NCBI GenBank assembly: GCA_037139555.1
Contig: JBAXGE010000001.1
Span: 1 to 53,966, forward strand
Source: Phycisphaerae bacterium
GTDB lineage: Bacteria; Planctomycetota; Phycisphaerae; WQYP01
Direction of reading: 5' to 3'
Length of the DNA: 53,966 bases
Position numbers and translations under genes: made by a program
Shown here: one piece after another, positions 35,301 through 45,379 of the stretch
Numbering within the stretch: position 1 is the first letter of the stretch
Layout of the letters: each line of letters opens with the position of its first letter
The notes under the pieces: generated by a model
Told to the model about the DNA's origin: nothing
Databases searched by the model: none
Seen by the model: only the letters and a program-made list of their open reading frames with translations

Positions 35301-35792
35301 TTAAGCAGCAGGTTTCTCAATTAGTACCACACAATGACAGGCAATGGCTTCTTGCCGACCACAGGCATCCACACCTTCGCCGGTTTTGGCTTTCAGGTTG
35401 ACCCGGTCGGGCGTAATGCCCAGCAGTTCCGCCAAACGCTGCCGCATGGCGGCTTTGAAGGGCGCCAGCTTGGGCTTTTCGGCAATCACCACCACATCGA
35501 GATTCACAATTTGACCGCCAGTTTCGGCGAATTGCCGCATGGTTGCGGCGATTAATTCCGCGGAATTAATCCCCTTGTAACGCGGATCGGTATTTGGGAA
35601 CAGCTCCCCGACATCCGGCAATCCCGCCGCGCCCGTTAGGGCATCAATCAGGGCATGCAGCACGACATCGGCATCCGAGTGCCCATGTAATCCGCGCTCA
35701 TGGGGGATGGTAATATTGGCCAGCACCAAAGGCCGGCCCACTTCGGTGCGGTGCAAATCATAGCCCAGGCCAATACGAATATTTGTCGCCAT
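35301..35792 (-). CDS. ispF: 2-C-methyl-D-erythritol 2,4-cyclodiphosphate synthase
   Basis: 163 aa. RIGLGYDLHR..., GHSDADVVLHALIDA.... Confidence 0.9.
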   Translation of the reverse strand: MATNIRIGLGYDLHRTEVGRPLVLANITIPHERGLHGHSDADVVLHALIDALTGAAGLPDVGELFPNTDPRYKGINSAELIAATMRQFAETGGQIVNLDVVVIAEKPKLAPFKAAMRQRLAELLGITPDRVNLKAKTGEGVDACGRQEAIACHCVVLIEKPAA

Positions 35793-35810
35793 CGTCAGTT
35801 CCTATTCCAA

Positions 35811-37217
35811 TTACTCAATGAGGCCATACTCTTTGATCTTACGATACAGGGTACGTTCGCCGATGCCCAGGATTCTGGCCGCCTGTTCGCGGTTGCCTGC
35901 CACCATCGCCAGCGTATGTTCGATGGCCTTCCGTTCCAGATCAGCCAGATTCATCCCGCTCAGGGGCGCCAGCGCGGTGGATTCCGCCGCGCGGTCGGGG
36001 ATGGTGGCCAAGGCAGTGGTGACATTCACATTCTGGGTAATTTCCGCAGGAATATCAGCCAGCGTGATTTCCGGCCCTGACGCCAGAATGACAATGCTTT
36101 CGATAGCATTTTCAAGTTGCCGGACATTGCCCGGCCAAGGGAAGGCCGTCAACACTTCCCGGGCTGCCGGCGCGATACTGGTGATGACTTTATTGTTCTG
36201 ACGGGCGAATTTCTCGACAAAGTATCGGACCAGAAGCAGGATATCTTCGCGCCGTTGCCGTAGCGGGGGCAATTGGATTGTGGCACCTTTGATGCGGAAA
36301 TACAGGTCTTCGCGGAAGCTTTTATTCTGGACGGCCGATTCCAAATCTCGGTTGGTCGCGGCGACAAAGCGCACGTTGGTCTGAATCGGTTCATTGGACC
36401 CCAGACGCGTAATCTGGCGGTCTTGGAGCACGCGCAGCAATTTGGCCTGCATGGTCAGGGGCATATCACCGATTTCGTCCAGAAAAAGCGTGCCGCCGTC
36501 GGCATATTCAAAGCGGCCAATGCGGTCGGCACGGGCATCGGTGAAGGCCCCGCGGACATGGCCAAACAATTCGTCTTCCAACGTGCTTTCGTTCAGGCCC
36601 GCGCAGTTCAGGGCCACGAAGCGCTGGCCGCTGCGGCGGGAATTTTGATGCAGCGCCCGAGCCACCAATTCCTTGCCGGTGCCGGACTCGCCCAGAATCA
36701 ATACATTGATCTCCGTTGGGGCAATCTGACGGATCAACCGGGCTACACGTTGCATGGGTTCGGAACTGCCAATGATGGCTGTCATCCCGAAACGTTGGTC
36801 CAACGCCTGATTCAGTTCGATATTCCGTTGGGTCAGTTGTACTTTTTCTGCGGCGCGACGCACCTGCTGGCGGATGATTTCCAGATCCAACGGTTTTTGG
36901 ATGAAATCATAGGCCCCTTCCCGCATGCACTGAACCGCCGTGGAAACATCCCCGTACGCGGTGACGACCAACACTTCGGTTGTGATATGGTTGCGTTTGA
37001 CATAGCGCAGTAATTCCATACCATCGTCCGGCTGGTCCATCCGCAGATCGGTGATGACCAGATCAATCGCTTCATCGCTCAGGCGTTTCTTGCCTTCGGT
37101 CAGACTATGGGCCTGCACCACGCCGAAGCCCATGCGGGCGACTGCTTCGGCCATGACATCGGCATGATCCACCTCATCATCTACTATCAACACACGTACC
37201 GCAGGACTCTTGCTCAT
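35811..37217 (-). CDS. Sigma-54-dependent response regulator (NtrC family: REC, AAA+, Fis-type HTH)
   Basis: 468 aa from ATG 37217, an ATGA overlap with the fmt stop. REC domain VLIVDDE...VITDLRM; Walker A GESGTGKELVARALH; a GAFTDA variant of GAFTGA; C-terminal HTH AARILGIGERTLYRKIKEYG. Confidence 0.9.
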   Translation of the reverse strand: MSKSPAVRVLIVDDEVDHADVMAEAVARMGFGVVQAHSLTEGKKRLSDEAIDLVITDLRMDQPDDGMELLRYVKRNHITTEVLVVTAYGDVSTAVQCMREGAYDFIQKPLDLEIIRQQVRRAAEKVQLTQRNIELNQALDQRFGMTAIIGSSEPMQRVARLIRQIAPTEINVLILGESGTGKELVARALHQNSRRSGQRFVALNCAGLNESTLEDELFGHVRGAFTDARADRIGRFEYADGGTLFLDEIGDMPLTMQAKLLRVLQDRQITRLGSNEPIQTNVRFVAATNRDLESAVQNKSFREDLYFRIKGATIQLPPLRQRREDILLLVRYFVEKFARQNNKVITSIAPAAREVLTAFPWPGNVRQLENAIESIVILASGPEITLADIPAEITQNVNVTTALATIPDRAAESTALAPLSGMNLADLERKAIEHTLAMVAGNREQAARILGIGERTLYRKIKEYGLIE

Positions 37218-38194
37218 ACACTCACCTTTTCCGGGACCGGGGGCGTCAGCACACTTTGGAGCGACCAACCGGCCTGGACACCATAACCATTGACAAAATT
37301 TTCCATATTCAGGGCCTTTTTACCCTGGGGTTGCAGCGCCAGAATCCGTACTGAACCCTGACCACAGGCCACACAGCCCGAATCAATAAACTGGCCAGGA
37401 CGCCCCAGATTACCCTGTTCCGCTTCCACCCGCACGGTCAGCAAGGTAGCCTGAGTACGGACCAGACCATCGGGTTGGCACACCTGTACCGCGATGCCCG
37501 GCCAAGGAGATAAGCCGCGAATCTTGGCCGAAACGGCCCGGGCTGGGGCATTAAAGTCTACCCACGCCACGGTCCGTTGCAACTTGGGGGCTTTGCTGGC
37601 CTGGGTTAAATTTTGGGTTTCGGGCTGTAAGGTGTCGGTACGGATAGCCTCTAAGACCTGATTGATCAGCGGAGCACCCAAATGCGCCAGACGATCATGC
37701 AGCGAACCGGTGGTCTCTTCCGGCCCAATCGGGGTTGCCACCCGGGCCAACACATCGCCTCCGTCCATGATCTCGGTAACGCGGATTACACTCACCCCGG
37801 TTTCCCGATCATCATTCAAGATGGCCCAGTGAATCGGGGCGGCCCCGCGATATTTAGGCAACAACGAGGAATGGAGGTTAATCCCCCCATGGGGTGCTAA
37901 GTGCAGCAATTCAGGTGATAATTTCTGTCCAAATGCGATCACGACCAAGACATCGGGACGGGCTTGCGCGATAGCCTGCAACCCCGCACTATCGTTAATA
38001 TTGTCGTGTCGAATTAAATGCCGTCCTTCGGCCAACGCCCACGCCGCCACAGGAGTCGGAGTTAACACTTTTCCCCGCCCGGCTGGCCGATCCGGCTGCG
38101 AGACAATCAGCGGGATTTCAACCCCGGCAGCCTGAGCCAAACGCTGCAAAGTGGGCAAGCCGAACGCGCCCGAGCCCATGAATACAACACGCAT
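37214..38194 (-). CDS. fmt: Methionyl-tRNA formyltransferase
   Basis: 326 aa. MRVVFMGSGAFG..., HGGINLHSSLLPKYRGAAPIHWAI. Confidence 0.9.
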   Translation of the reverse strand: MRVVFMGSGAFGLPTLQRLAQAAGVEIPLIVSQPDRPAGRGKVLTPTPVAAWALAEGRHLIRHDNINDSAGLQAIAQARPDVLVVIAFGQKLSPELLHLAPHGGINLHSSLLPKYRGAAPIHWAILNDDRETGVSVIRVTEIMDGGDVLARVATPIGPEETTGSLHDRLAHLGAPLINQVLEAIRTDTLQPETQNLTQASKAPKLQRTVAWVDFNAPARAVSAKIRGLSPWPGIAVQVCQPDGLVRTQATLLTVRVEAEQGNLGRPGQFIDSGCVACGQGSVRILALQPQGKKALNMENFVNGYGVQAGWSLQSVLTPPVPEKVSV

Positions 38195-38212
38195 CGCAAC
38201 CTCTTATTACGC

Positions 38213-38247
38213 AATAATGAAAACGCCACGGGATATGGCCCGTGGCG
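38213..38247 (-). terminator. Probable intrinsic terminator downstream of the 38279-39307 gene
   Basis: Minus strand reads CGCCACGGG-CCATAT-CCCGTGGCG followed by TTTTCATTATT. The T tract is short and interrupted. Confidence 0.45.
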
Positions 38248-38278
38248 CCAGCGATTAAACTGTATCATGTCCGCGAAA

Positions 38279-39307
38279 TTAGGCAACTGCCGTCTTGGGC
38301 ATTAAGGCTTCCGCTTGTGCGGCGTTGGCCCGTAATACATCCAATTTGCCTTGGACTTCGGCGGCAACCCGGGCATTAGGGTACTCATGGATAATCATTT
38401 CGCCCACCGTGATGGCCTGGGTCCAATTACAGTCATGAATTTGCAGGGCAAATTGCGTAGCGAGTTGCTGCAGCCGTTTCTTGAACACATCCCGCGCGGC
38501 TTCTTTATACGCCGAGGCCTCGCTGGGCGACAGATATTGGTCCAGCATTTTGAGCAGTTCCACACTGCGATCCAAATCGTCACGATTCACCGCATCGGTC
38601 CACATCTTCAACAACTCACCTTTATGCGCCAGCCGGGCACGTTTGAGTTCATCCGGCAGCGCCAGTACGCGGGGTTCTTTGGGATGCAGTTTATTGAGTT
38701 TGTCAATTTCTCCAACCGCCGACGACCAGTCGTAGCGCCCGAAGTGGGTGTAAACCACCTCCATGAGCTCCTGCATATCCTGATCGTGAGAATTCTTCTG
38801 GGCCTGACTCACCTGGTTACGCAGACTTTGGGCTTCGGTGTGGTAGCCGAAACGCTTGTCCATCTCGTCAATCATAATCAGTGCCGAATCGAAATCACCG
38901 TGGGCAATATCCTCGTGAATGGCTTCGCGCAATGCTTCGCGGTCTTTCTGCCGATAGGCCACACGTTTGGCAGCTTCGGAGAGGGTCAGGGTATCCACCG
39001 TTTGTTTCTGGATGGCCAGAATGCTGGTGAGTAATTCTACCGAACGCGCCCGGGTATCTGCGGCCATCACTTCGGATTCACGCAGAATCTCAAGTAGACC
39101 CACGGCATGGGCAGAACCCACACAACCCACCAACCCGATGCCCAGTAATACCAGACCAGGTGCCGCCGCGAGTAATCGCGACACCAAACCATCCCCGGCA
39201 ATAATCCCGGTAAGCGCCAGCGTTATCCCCAACAGCGCCGCCAGCGCTGAGGCTACTGCACCCCAACCGACAATCATCCGAGCTTTGGCGATTCTTTCTC
39301 TTAGCAT
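38279..39307 (-). CDS. Hypothetical membrane protein with TPR-like helical half-repeats, a paralogue-like relative of 1339-2865
   Basis: 342 aa from ATG 39307, with AAGGTGG upstream; the track start is 39340. TMs are MIVGWGAVASALAALLGITLALTGIIAG and LLAAAPGLVLLGIGLVGCVG. Repeats are GDFDSALIMIDEMDKRFG, YDWSSAVGEIDKLNKLHPKEP, DDLDRSVELLKMLDQYLSP and CNWTQAITVGEMIIHEYPN. Confidence 0.6.
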   Translation of the reverse strand: MLRERIAKARMIVGWGAVASALAALLGITLALTGIIAGDGLVSRLLAAAPGLVLLGIGLVGCVGSAHAVGLLEILRESEVMAADTRARSVELLTSILAIQKQTVDTLTLSEAAKRVAYRQKDREALREAIHEDIAHGDFDSALIMIDEMDKRFGYHTEAQSLRNQVSQAQKNSHDQDMQELMEVVYTHFGRYDWSSAVGEIDKLNKLHPKEPRVLALPDELKRARLAHKGELLKMWTDAVNRDDLDRSVELLKMLDQYLSPSEASAYKEAARDVFKKRLQQLATQFALQIHDCNWTQAITVGEMIIHEYPNARVAAEVQGKLDVLRANAAQAEALMPKTAVA

Positions 39308-39521
39308 GGCGTACCACCTTTCCGAACAAAATATTTTCATAGAATAATAATTTCAGACTTGACTACCTTACTGTAATCATTGGAGTCACTAAGGTCAAGG
39401 GAAATCGGCGAATACGAAAATATGACCACCAAACATCACCCATCCAGCCACCGACTAGCCGAGGGTACAGGTTTGGACTACAATTCGGGGAAGTTTCAGA
39501 CATTATTGAAGACTGGAAAAT

Positions 39522-40889
39522 ATGCTGAATTTAAGCCCCCAAGAACGTGCCCTCGAGAGCGTACTTACCCCTCAGGGTCCCGCCTACCAGCCGAGTTTCG
39601 ATATTACCAGTGTAGTGGCTGGCCAGCATCGTCTGACTGATACCGAGTTTCTGGAACTCTACCAGCACGCCCCCCTGTACGAGTTGGGACGCTGGGCGTT
39701 TGGGGTTAGCCAACGCCTGCATCCCGAAGACTACCGGACCTACGTGATTGACCGGAACATCAATTACACCAACATCTGTACCGCCCGGTGCACGTTTTGT
39801 GCCTTCAAACGCAACGACCCCAAAGCCGCAGATGCCTATACATTGGATCAAAACCATATTCTGGGCAAGATTGCGGAATTAGTCTCCATCGGGGGCACCC
39901 AAATTCTGATGCAAGGTGGCATGAACCCCGAATTACCCATCAGTTATTACGAAGACTTGCTCCGTGCCATCCGGCAGCATTACCCCCAAGTCCATATCCA
40001 TGCCTTCAGCCCCCCGGAGTTCGTCGAATTCGCCCGCTACTTCAAAATGCCGGTGGCGGAAGTCATCCGCCGTTTCAAGGCTGCCGGTCTGGATACCATC
40101 CCCGGCGGCGGTGGCGAAATATTTTCCGACCGGGTGCGCAGCCGGATCGGACCGGGCAAATGCACCGGCGAGGAATGGCTGGATGTGATGGCAGAAGCCC
40201 ATCGGCAAGGGATGGGCACCTCGGTAACCATGCTCATCGGTCATATCGAAACCGTCGCCGACCGGCTGGATCATCTCCAACGGATTCGCCAACGGCAGGA
40301 CTGGGCATTGGCCCATGCTCCGGCCAACTACACCGCCTTTATCACCTGGACCTATCAGCCGGACAATACCCCCTTGGACCGTAAACGTAAATGGTCGCCG
40401 GACAGCGGGAAACCGTATGAATTTGATAACGGTCGCACCGTGCGTTTGGCCGATGCGGCGGAATATTTGCGCACGCTAGCCCTGTGTCGCCTCTATCTGG
40501 ACAACATCCCCAATATGCAAAGCAGTTGGGTGACCATGGGCCCGAAGGTCGGGCAACTGGCCATGTTTTTCGGCGCCAACGACATGGGCTCGGTCATGAT
40601 GGAGGAAAATGTGGTATCCGCCACAGGAACCACCTTCCGGCTGGATGCGGAAATGATTTGTCGGTTGATCCGCGATGCGGGTTGGATTCCCGCCCAGCGG
40701 AACCAGCATTATCAAGTGTTACGGCGTTGGGATGGTGCGGATGCGCCGGACTTGCATACTCGGACGGCCAGCCCCCATCAGATACGGCAACACGCGATCA
40801 GACCGCAGGATACGGCGGCGTATAAGAGTGGGAATTTTGTGCCCGTGCAGGAACATAAAACGAACGCCATGAGTTTGCCGGTGCTATGA
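39522..40889 (+). CDS. Radical-SAM menaquinone (futalosine pathway) enzyme, MqnE/MqnC family
   Basis: 455 aa. Cluster motif NINYTNICTARCTFCAF, then GGTQILMQGGMNP, HIHAFSPPE, IPGGGGEIF. It has a roughly 60-aa C-terminal tail with no family counterpart. I cannot separate MqnE from MqnC by eye. Confidence 0.75.
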   Translation: MLNLSPQERALESVLTPQGPAYQPSFDITSVVAGQHRLTDTEFLELYQHAPLYELGRWAFGVSQRLHPEDYRTYVIDRNINYTNICTARCTFCAFKRNDPKAADAYTLDQNHILGKIAELVSIGGTQILMQGGMNPELPISYYEDLLRAIRQHYPQVHIHAFSPPEFVEFARYFKMPVAEVIRRFKAAGLDTIPGGGGEIFSDRVRSRIGPGKCTGEEWLDVMAEAHRQGMGTSVTMLIGHIETVADRLDHLQRIRQRQDWALAHAPANYTAFITWTYQPDNTPLDRKRKWSPDSGKPYEFDNGRTVRLADAAEYLRTLALCRLYLDNIPNMQSSWVTMGPKVGQLAMFFGANDMGSVMMEENVVSATGTTFRLDAEMICRLIRDAGWIPAQRNQHYQVLRRWDGADAPDLHTRTASPHQIRQHAIRPQDTAAYKSGNFVPVQEHKTNAMSLPVL

Positions 40890-40910
40890 CCAGTGGGTGC
40901 GGTTGGTGCG

Positions 40911-42857
40911 CTATTTTTCCACCACATAATACGTGGGCAGATCATAACCCACGTCGGGAAGGATCAGGCGCAAGGTTTTCTCTTTGCGCTGTTTTTCCAA
41001 CGGGATAAGCCGCAGAATGACCTCCGCATGGTTTTTCCCATCCGCACCGGCGAGTACCTTGCCATCCCGTATTACATAGTGACAGACCAGAATACGCCCG
41101 CTCAGGGCCGGGCCCTGAGTGGTGCTTTGTATCTCTACCACATCGGCAGTCAGGGCCGCATTGTAGGGTTGGATTTCCTGCAAGGTCGGGGTTCTGCCAA
41201 CGGAAATTATTTTCCCACGAATCTCGGATAATACAGCTTCCGGCTGGGGCAGGGTAGCCGGACGGGTGGCTGGGGTATCGGGAAGCGATCCGGACAGTTC
41301 AATAAGATCCCAGATGACCGTACCCGCCACCGGGCCATCGCTGGATAAGGCCATACCTATACCGAGCGTCTGCGCCACCGATACCTTGGTCGTGCCCCAA
41401 TCGTGCCAAGTCTTTCCGTCGCGGGAGTAATAACCCGAAAACGTATCGCCGCGCCGTACCAGCCGAATCCAATCGGCTGTACCTTCCAATTTAGGCAGGG
41501 ACATTTCCGTCTCCGTGGTGGCGGAGGCCGTGCGCGGACGCCAGGCGAAACTGAGGGTCTTCTTGCCGGGCCGGAGTGACAGGTGGATTGTCGCTGCCTG
41601 AGCGGAAGGTTTTGCCTCGGGCAATTCCCGCAGCATCAGTGCGATGCGACCATTGGGACCGATGTTCAAGTATGAATTCAGATGGGCGGTAATCTGACCG
41701 TCACCGACCAAGCGTTGATTCACAAAGTGGCAGGTGTCTTCGCTGCCATAAATATCCCCACTCTGCGATTGCAGAAATATCTTATCGTCATCCCGGCCTC
41801 CGGTGCATCCGATCGCCTGCCCCAAGACGTGGGCTTGCCACGGTACAGGCAGAGGTTGCAGACTAGGCGTACGCTGGGCATCCGGGTCTTGTCCCTCAAT
41901 CCAAACATCCGGCATCATGGCCGCAGCCGTGCCCGGAGGTGTTACCTGCACCCAACCATCGACCTTTTTAAAATCTTGATCCAACGCGGCAATGTACACA
42001 TGGGAGGGTTTATATTTCGGGGCGGTATGCGTGATAAAACGCACATGATTGCTCCAACGGGGATGATACACCTCTTTATTATCGCTATTGGGCGCACCGG
42101 TGAGGACCAAGGTGCTTTGCCCTATACCCCCCGGGCCAAACATGGTCACACTGCGGTGACTGCTGTCGAACACCCAAAACCGATAGCTGTTGTCCGGCGC
42201 CATCCCGGGCCAACAGCCGGTGGCATGCATTTGCCAGGTTTGGTCACGTAAATTCGCCAGACCGGCATTAGGCCAGGGGAAAAGGGTGGCGGCGCGGGTG
42301 CCGTCTGCAGAAAGCTGGAAATTGGCGTTGGGCGTGGCGGTGATATCGGTTTTGTTCCAGACTATTTCCGGATGTTTCAGGTCCTTGAGATTATAGCGCA
42401 GTATTGGGTTCTTAGCGGGTATTGCCTGCTCATGCCCCTGCACATACAACCACTCGTTTTTGGTTGTCGGATCAACCCATAGGGTCAAGCCGAAACCGCG
42501 ACACAATTCGTGCAGTCCGGTACCGTCGAAATTGAACATAGACACCGTACGTAGCTTGGGATTGGTGAAAATCACCCGCGTGCCATCGGGCGTCAGGAAG
42601 GGACGGTTCAAGTTCCCCGGCTTGGCCAGCAGTTGCCGGGGCCCCAGTTTATCCCGGGTATCCATGCCCCATAGCGTCAAGCCCTCTCCTTGGCACTGCA
42701 GGTCATTGACGTCGGGATTGAGCAGCCATACCACACGGGTACGGGCGCGGGTGAGTTTTTCAATTTGCGCACCGGGCTCCGCCCCGGCGTTGGCCAATAG
42801 GGGTGCGGCGCTGAGGAGCAGTAACAGAAACCAGTACCAACGGCTCAAGGATAACAT
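40911..42857 (-). CDS. Secreted protein: TolB/PD40-like beta-propeller followed by a concanavalin/LamG-like beta-sandwich region
   Basis: 648 aa. Signal WYWFLLLLLSAAPLLANA. PD40-like FLTPDGTRVIFT and LSADGTRAATL. LamG-type RGDTFSGYYSRDGKTWHDWG. Its start overlaps the upstream gene by 13 nt. Confidence 0.55.
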   Translation of the reverse strand: MLSLSRWYWFLLLLLSAAPLLANAGAEPGAQIEKLTRARTRVVWLLNPDVNDLQCQGEGLTLWGMDTRDKLGPRQLLAKPGNLNRPFLTPDGTRVIFTNPKLRTVSMFNFDGTGLHELCRGFGLTLWVDPTTKNEWLYVQGHEQAIPAKNPILRYNLKDLKHPEIVWNKTDITATPNANFQLSADGTRAATLFPWPNAGLANLRDQTWQMHATGCWPGMAPDNSYRFWVFDSSHRSVTMFGPGGIGQSTLVLTGAPNSDNKEVYHPRWSNHVRFITHTAPKYKPSHVYIAALDQDFKKVDGWVQVTPPGTAAAMMPDVWIEGQDPDAQRTPSLQPLPVPWQAHVLGQAIGCTGGRDDDKIFLQSQSGDIYGSEDTCHFVNQRLVGDGQITAHLNSYLNIGPNGRIALMLRELPEAKPSAQAATIHLSLRPGKKTLSFAWRPRTASATTETEMSLPKLEGTADWIRLVRRGDTFSGYYSRDGKTWHDWGTTKVSVAQTLGIGMALSSDGPVAGTVIWDLIELSGSLPDTPATRPATLPQPEAVLSEIRGKIISVGRTPTLQEIQPYNAALTADVVEIQSTTQGPALSGRILVCHYVIRDGKVLAGADGKNHAEVILRLIPLEKQRKEKTLRLILPDVGYDLPTYYVVEK

Positions 42858-45379
42858 AGCACACCTGCGGAGATTTTCGTTGCTACGGTTTTGCCATTGA
42901 GCAGTAGAATCGGATTGCCGGTGACTTTGAGTTTCATGGCTTGGAGATTGCCGGTCACGGTAATATTGGTGTCGGACACGCGGACCATGGTGTGACCTGA
43001 AAACGTGAATGACTCATCGGAATCGGCCAGGGTTGGTGGCTTGAGAGTGGAATCAAGCTCAAGTTGCGGAGTATTTTTTACCTGCGCTTCGGGGCGTTGG
43101 TCAAACTGCAATAAGAGACGGTCGTTGTACGTTTTGCCCACCGCAGTTTTTCCCACGACTGCCACAGCGATCCCCTCGGGAGTCTGTTGAATCCGACGGA
43201 ATTGGGTTTGATTAGGGGTGCCTTGTTCGTAGGGTTCATGCAATGCAGCAAAGACGGTCGCGGAAGCACGGCGATGCACCGCGATCGAAACCCCGCCCCA
43301 TTCGGCGCCCAAGACCCGTTTCCCCTTATCATCATCGTTGCGCGGCGCACCGGGCGCATAACGTTCCGGGGTGGAAAAGGTGTAGGCGGTGGTATCGGGT
43401 TCGGGCAGCATGGTGACACGAACCCCTACTTTGCGTTCGTACCAAGCGGCACCGAAACGTGCCGTTTTGACATCTTCACCGTGATAATCCTGGAGGGTGG
43501 TGATGGAGAGCGGATTCGCACCCACTTGGTATTTCTGGCAATTCTCGATCAATACCCACGGCGGGCCCTGCGTCCCTTCGGTCGTGAGATGGTAATTACG
43601 CTGGGCCGGGGTAAGGGTGGAACGATCCACCACGGGTTGTTGATATTGCGTTGCGAAGAGGGTCTTCTGCAATTCATCCGAGGGTTGCCAGTTCTGGCCA
43701 GGCTCGGGTCGGGCAGAGCCGGGGGCATGAACCAGCCAGTGAAAATCCCGTGCAGTTTGGGTGGTGTCAGCCAAAGCGTAAACGTCAAAGAGATATTCCG
43801 GAGCCAGAAATAAAGCCCGCGCCAAGTCTATATTGGAATATACCTTGGTAACGGGTTCTTTGGGTTGATCAGAAGAGCGGGCCTCGTTCTGGCCGGTCAA
43901 GGGGACGATCGGAATACCCCGGGCGGAGATAAATTTGATCGGACCGATAAAATTGGACCGCACGGGTACCACCCCGATGGGCTGGGCCATTTCATCATCC
44001 ACGACCACACCGCAATGCCCCCGCACCGACATATCCCACGCGCCACCGTTGTAGCCGGCGGAAATAGCACGATTAATATAGATGGGGCGGTTGAACTGCT
44101 GGTAACCAAGGAGCGCAAAGCAGTCGTTGGTGTAGTGGACATAGAATTGCGCGAACTGCTGGGCCACGGCGGGTGCGGGCGCTTCCCAGTAGGCCGGTGA
44201 TTCATCGGCCCGGAGCAGGGCAAAGCCGCGTTCCGGTGCCACATAGGATGGCGCGGGCGGGGCCACCACACTTTTCGCCGGGATGGGGGAAAGTCCCCAA
44301 AAGAGCGTGGGGTAATAGGCATCGGTACCGGGTTTGCGCATCTGGGCGAGAAAGTAATCATAACCTGCTTTATTCTTGGGGTACCGGACTTGGAGCATTT
44401 CAAACCACTGGGGAATTTGCAGTTTATCAATCTTGGAACCACGGTGATCGCGACCGTTCATATTGGCGGCATACCAGTAGGCATTGCCACCCGTTTTATC
44501 CGGCCAGATGGGGAACACATTCAGATGCCCCAATAGTTGCCCCCCGCGGGCATCGCCCATCGCGACCCGACTGTAGGCGGGAGTGCCAGTGGGAATGTCG
44601 GTGCGGGGATATCCGAGTGAAATCAACGAATGCACATACTTTTCCAGCGAACCACCCGTAGGCCCGGTGTAATCGTAGCCCAATTCGGCGAGCCCCAAGC
44701 GGTCCAAACCCCGGGCATAGAGCAGAAATTCGCCGATGATCGAGGTCATCTTGGCATATTCTTCGTTGTAAAACTGGCCATCGGACAGGTATTCACCGAA
44801 AAACCACTTGAAGGAACCGGGGGTGGCCCAAAGGTCACGTATGAGTGGTTCATCCTGCAGTGCCAGGGTCATCATGAGTATGCCGCAACGTCGGGGCAGC
44901 GCGAGATTGGGGAGAATACCGAGCCGTGCGGGGTTGGTCTTCCATTCAGTACGGTCTTCGGCAATGTGTTTGCGAAATGTGGTCTCTATTTGCGTGCGCT
45001 GTTCCGCGGTCAGACTGTCATAGAGCACATCATAACGCAGTGCGTGCAGGTAATTGGCCGTATGCAGTCCCGCACTGCCGGAGTCGCCACGGCCATTCAG
45101 CGGCGCCCCGATGAAGGACAGTAGATATTTACGTTCTTCATCCCCGGCTTTCTGATCCCCCAGAATCTGATAGCGAAACAACCGCCCAAAGGGATTATTC
45201 GGCAATTCGGCCACAGCGTCCTTAGCCCATGCTTCCTGCTCAATCCGGGTTTTGATGGCGGCTGCATCTGCTTTAGTCCATAGCAGGTAGGGATGCTCCG
45301 CCTTGCGGAATTCGGCCTGCACCGTGCCACACCAACTGATGAGCAGGACCAGTACACAATAGAGCCGACAAAGATTCAT
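42845..45379 (-). CDS. Secreted protein with a heparinase II/III / alginate-lyase-like architecture (putative polysaccharide lyase; function tentative)
   Basis: 844 aa from ATG 45379 (GGAG 7 nt upstream; the track start is TTG 45406). Signal MNLCRLYCVLVLLISWCGTVQA/EF. N-terminus HPYLLWTKADAAAIKTRI and ...YLHALRYDVLYDSLTAEQR resemble the alpha/alpha-toroid N-domain. The mid-region FYVHYTNDCFALLGY resembles the H-x-H/N-D...F-x-L motif of the Hepar_II_III sandwich. Confidence 0.4.
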   Translation of the reverse strand: MNLCRLYCVLVLLISWCGTVQAEFRKAEHPYLLWTKADAAAIKTRIEQEAWAKDAVAELPNNPFGRLFRYQILGDQKAGDEERKYLLSFIGAPLNGRGDSGSAGLHTANYLHALRYDVLYDSLTAEQRTQIETTFRKHIAEDRTEWKTNPARLGILPNLALPRRCGILMMTLALQDEPLIRDLWATPGSFKWFFGEYLSDGQFYNEEYAKMTSIIGEFLLYARGLDRLGLAELGYDYTGPTGGSLEKYVHSLISLGYPRTDIPTGTPAYSRVAMGDARGGQLLGHLNVFPIWPDKTGGNAYWYAANMNGRDHRGSKIDKLQIPQWFEMLQVRYPKNKAGYDYFLAQMRKPGTDAYYPTLFWGLSPIPAKSVVAPPAPSYVAPERGFALLRADESPAYWEAPAPAVAQQFAQFYVHYTNDCFALLGYQQFNRPIYINRAISAGYNGGAWDMSVRGHCGVVVDDEMAQPIGVVPVRSNFIGPIKFISARGIPIVPLTGQNEARSSDQPKEPVTKVYSNIDLARALFLAPEYLFDVYALADTTQTARDFHWLVHAPGSARPEPGQNWQPSDELQKTLFATQYQQPVVDRSTLTPAQRNYHLTTEGTQGPPWVLIENCQKYQVGANPLSITTLQDYHGEDVKTARFGAAWYERKVGVRVTMLPEPDTTAYTFSTPERYAPGAPRNDDDKGKRVLGAEWGGVSIAVHRRASATVFAALHEPYEQGTPNQTQFRRIQQTPEGIAVAVVGKTAVGKTYNDRLLLQFDQRPEAQVKNTPQLELDSTLKPPTLADSDESFTFSGHTMVRVSDTNITVTGNLQAMKLKVTGNPILLLNGKTVATKISAGVLCYP

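Noticed and set aside
36281-36296. A sigma-54-like promoter string, TGGCAC-CTTTG-ATGC, on the plus strand.
   Set aside because: It lies inside and antisense to the sigma-54 regulator gene. The -12 element is imperfect, and there is no downstream plus-strand gene. I could not scan the whole window systematically for TGGCAC-N5-TTGC sites.
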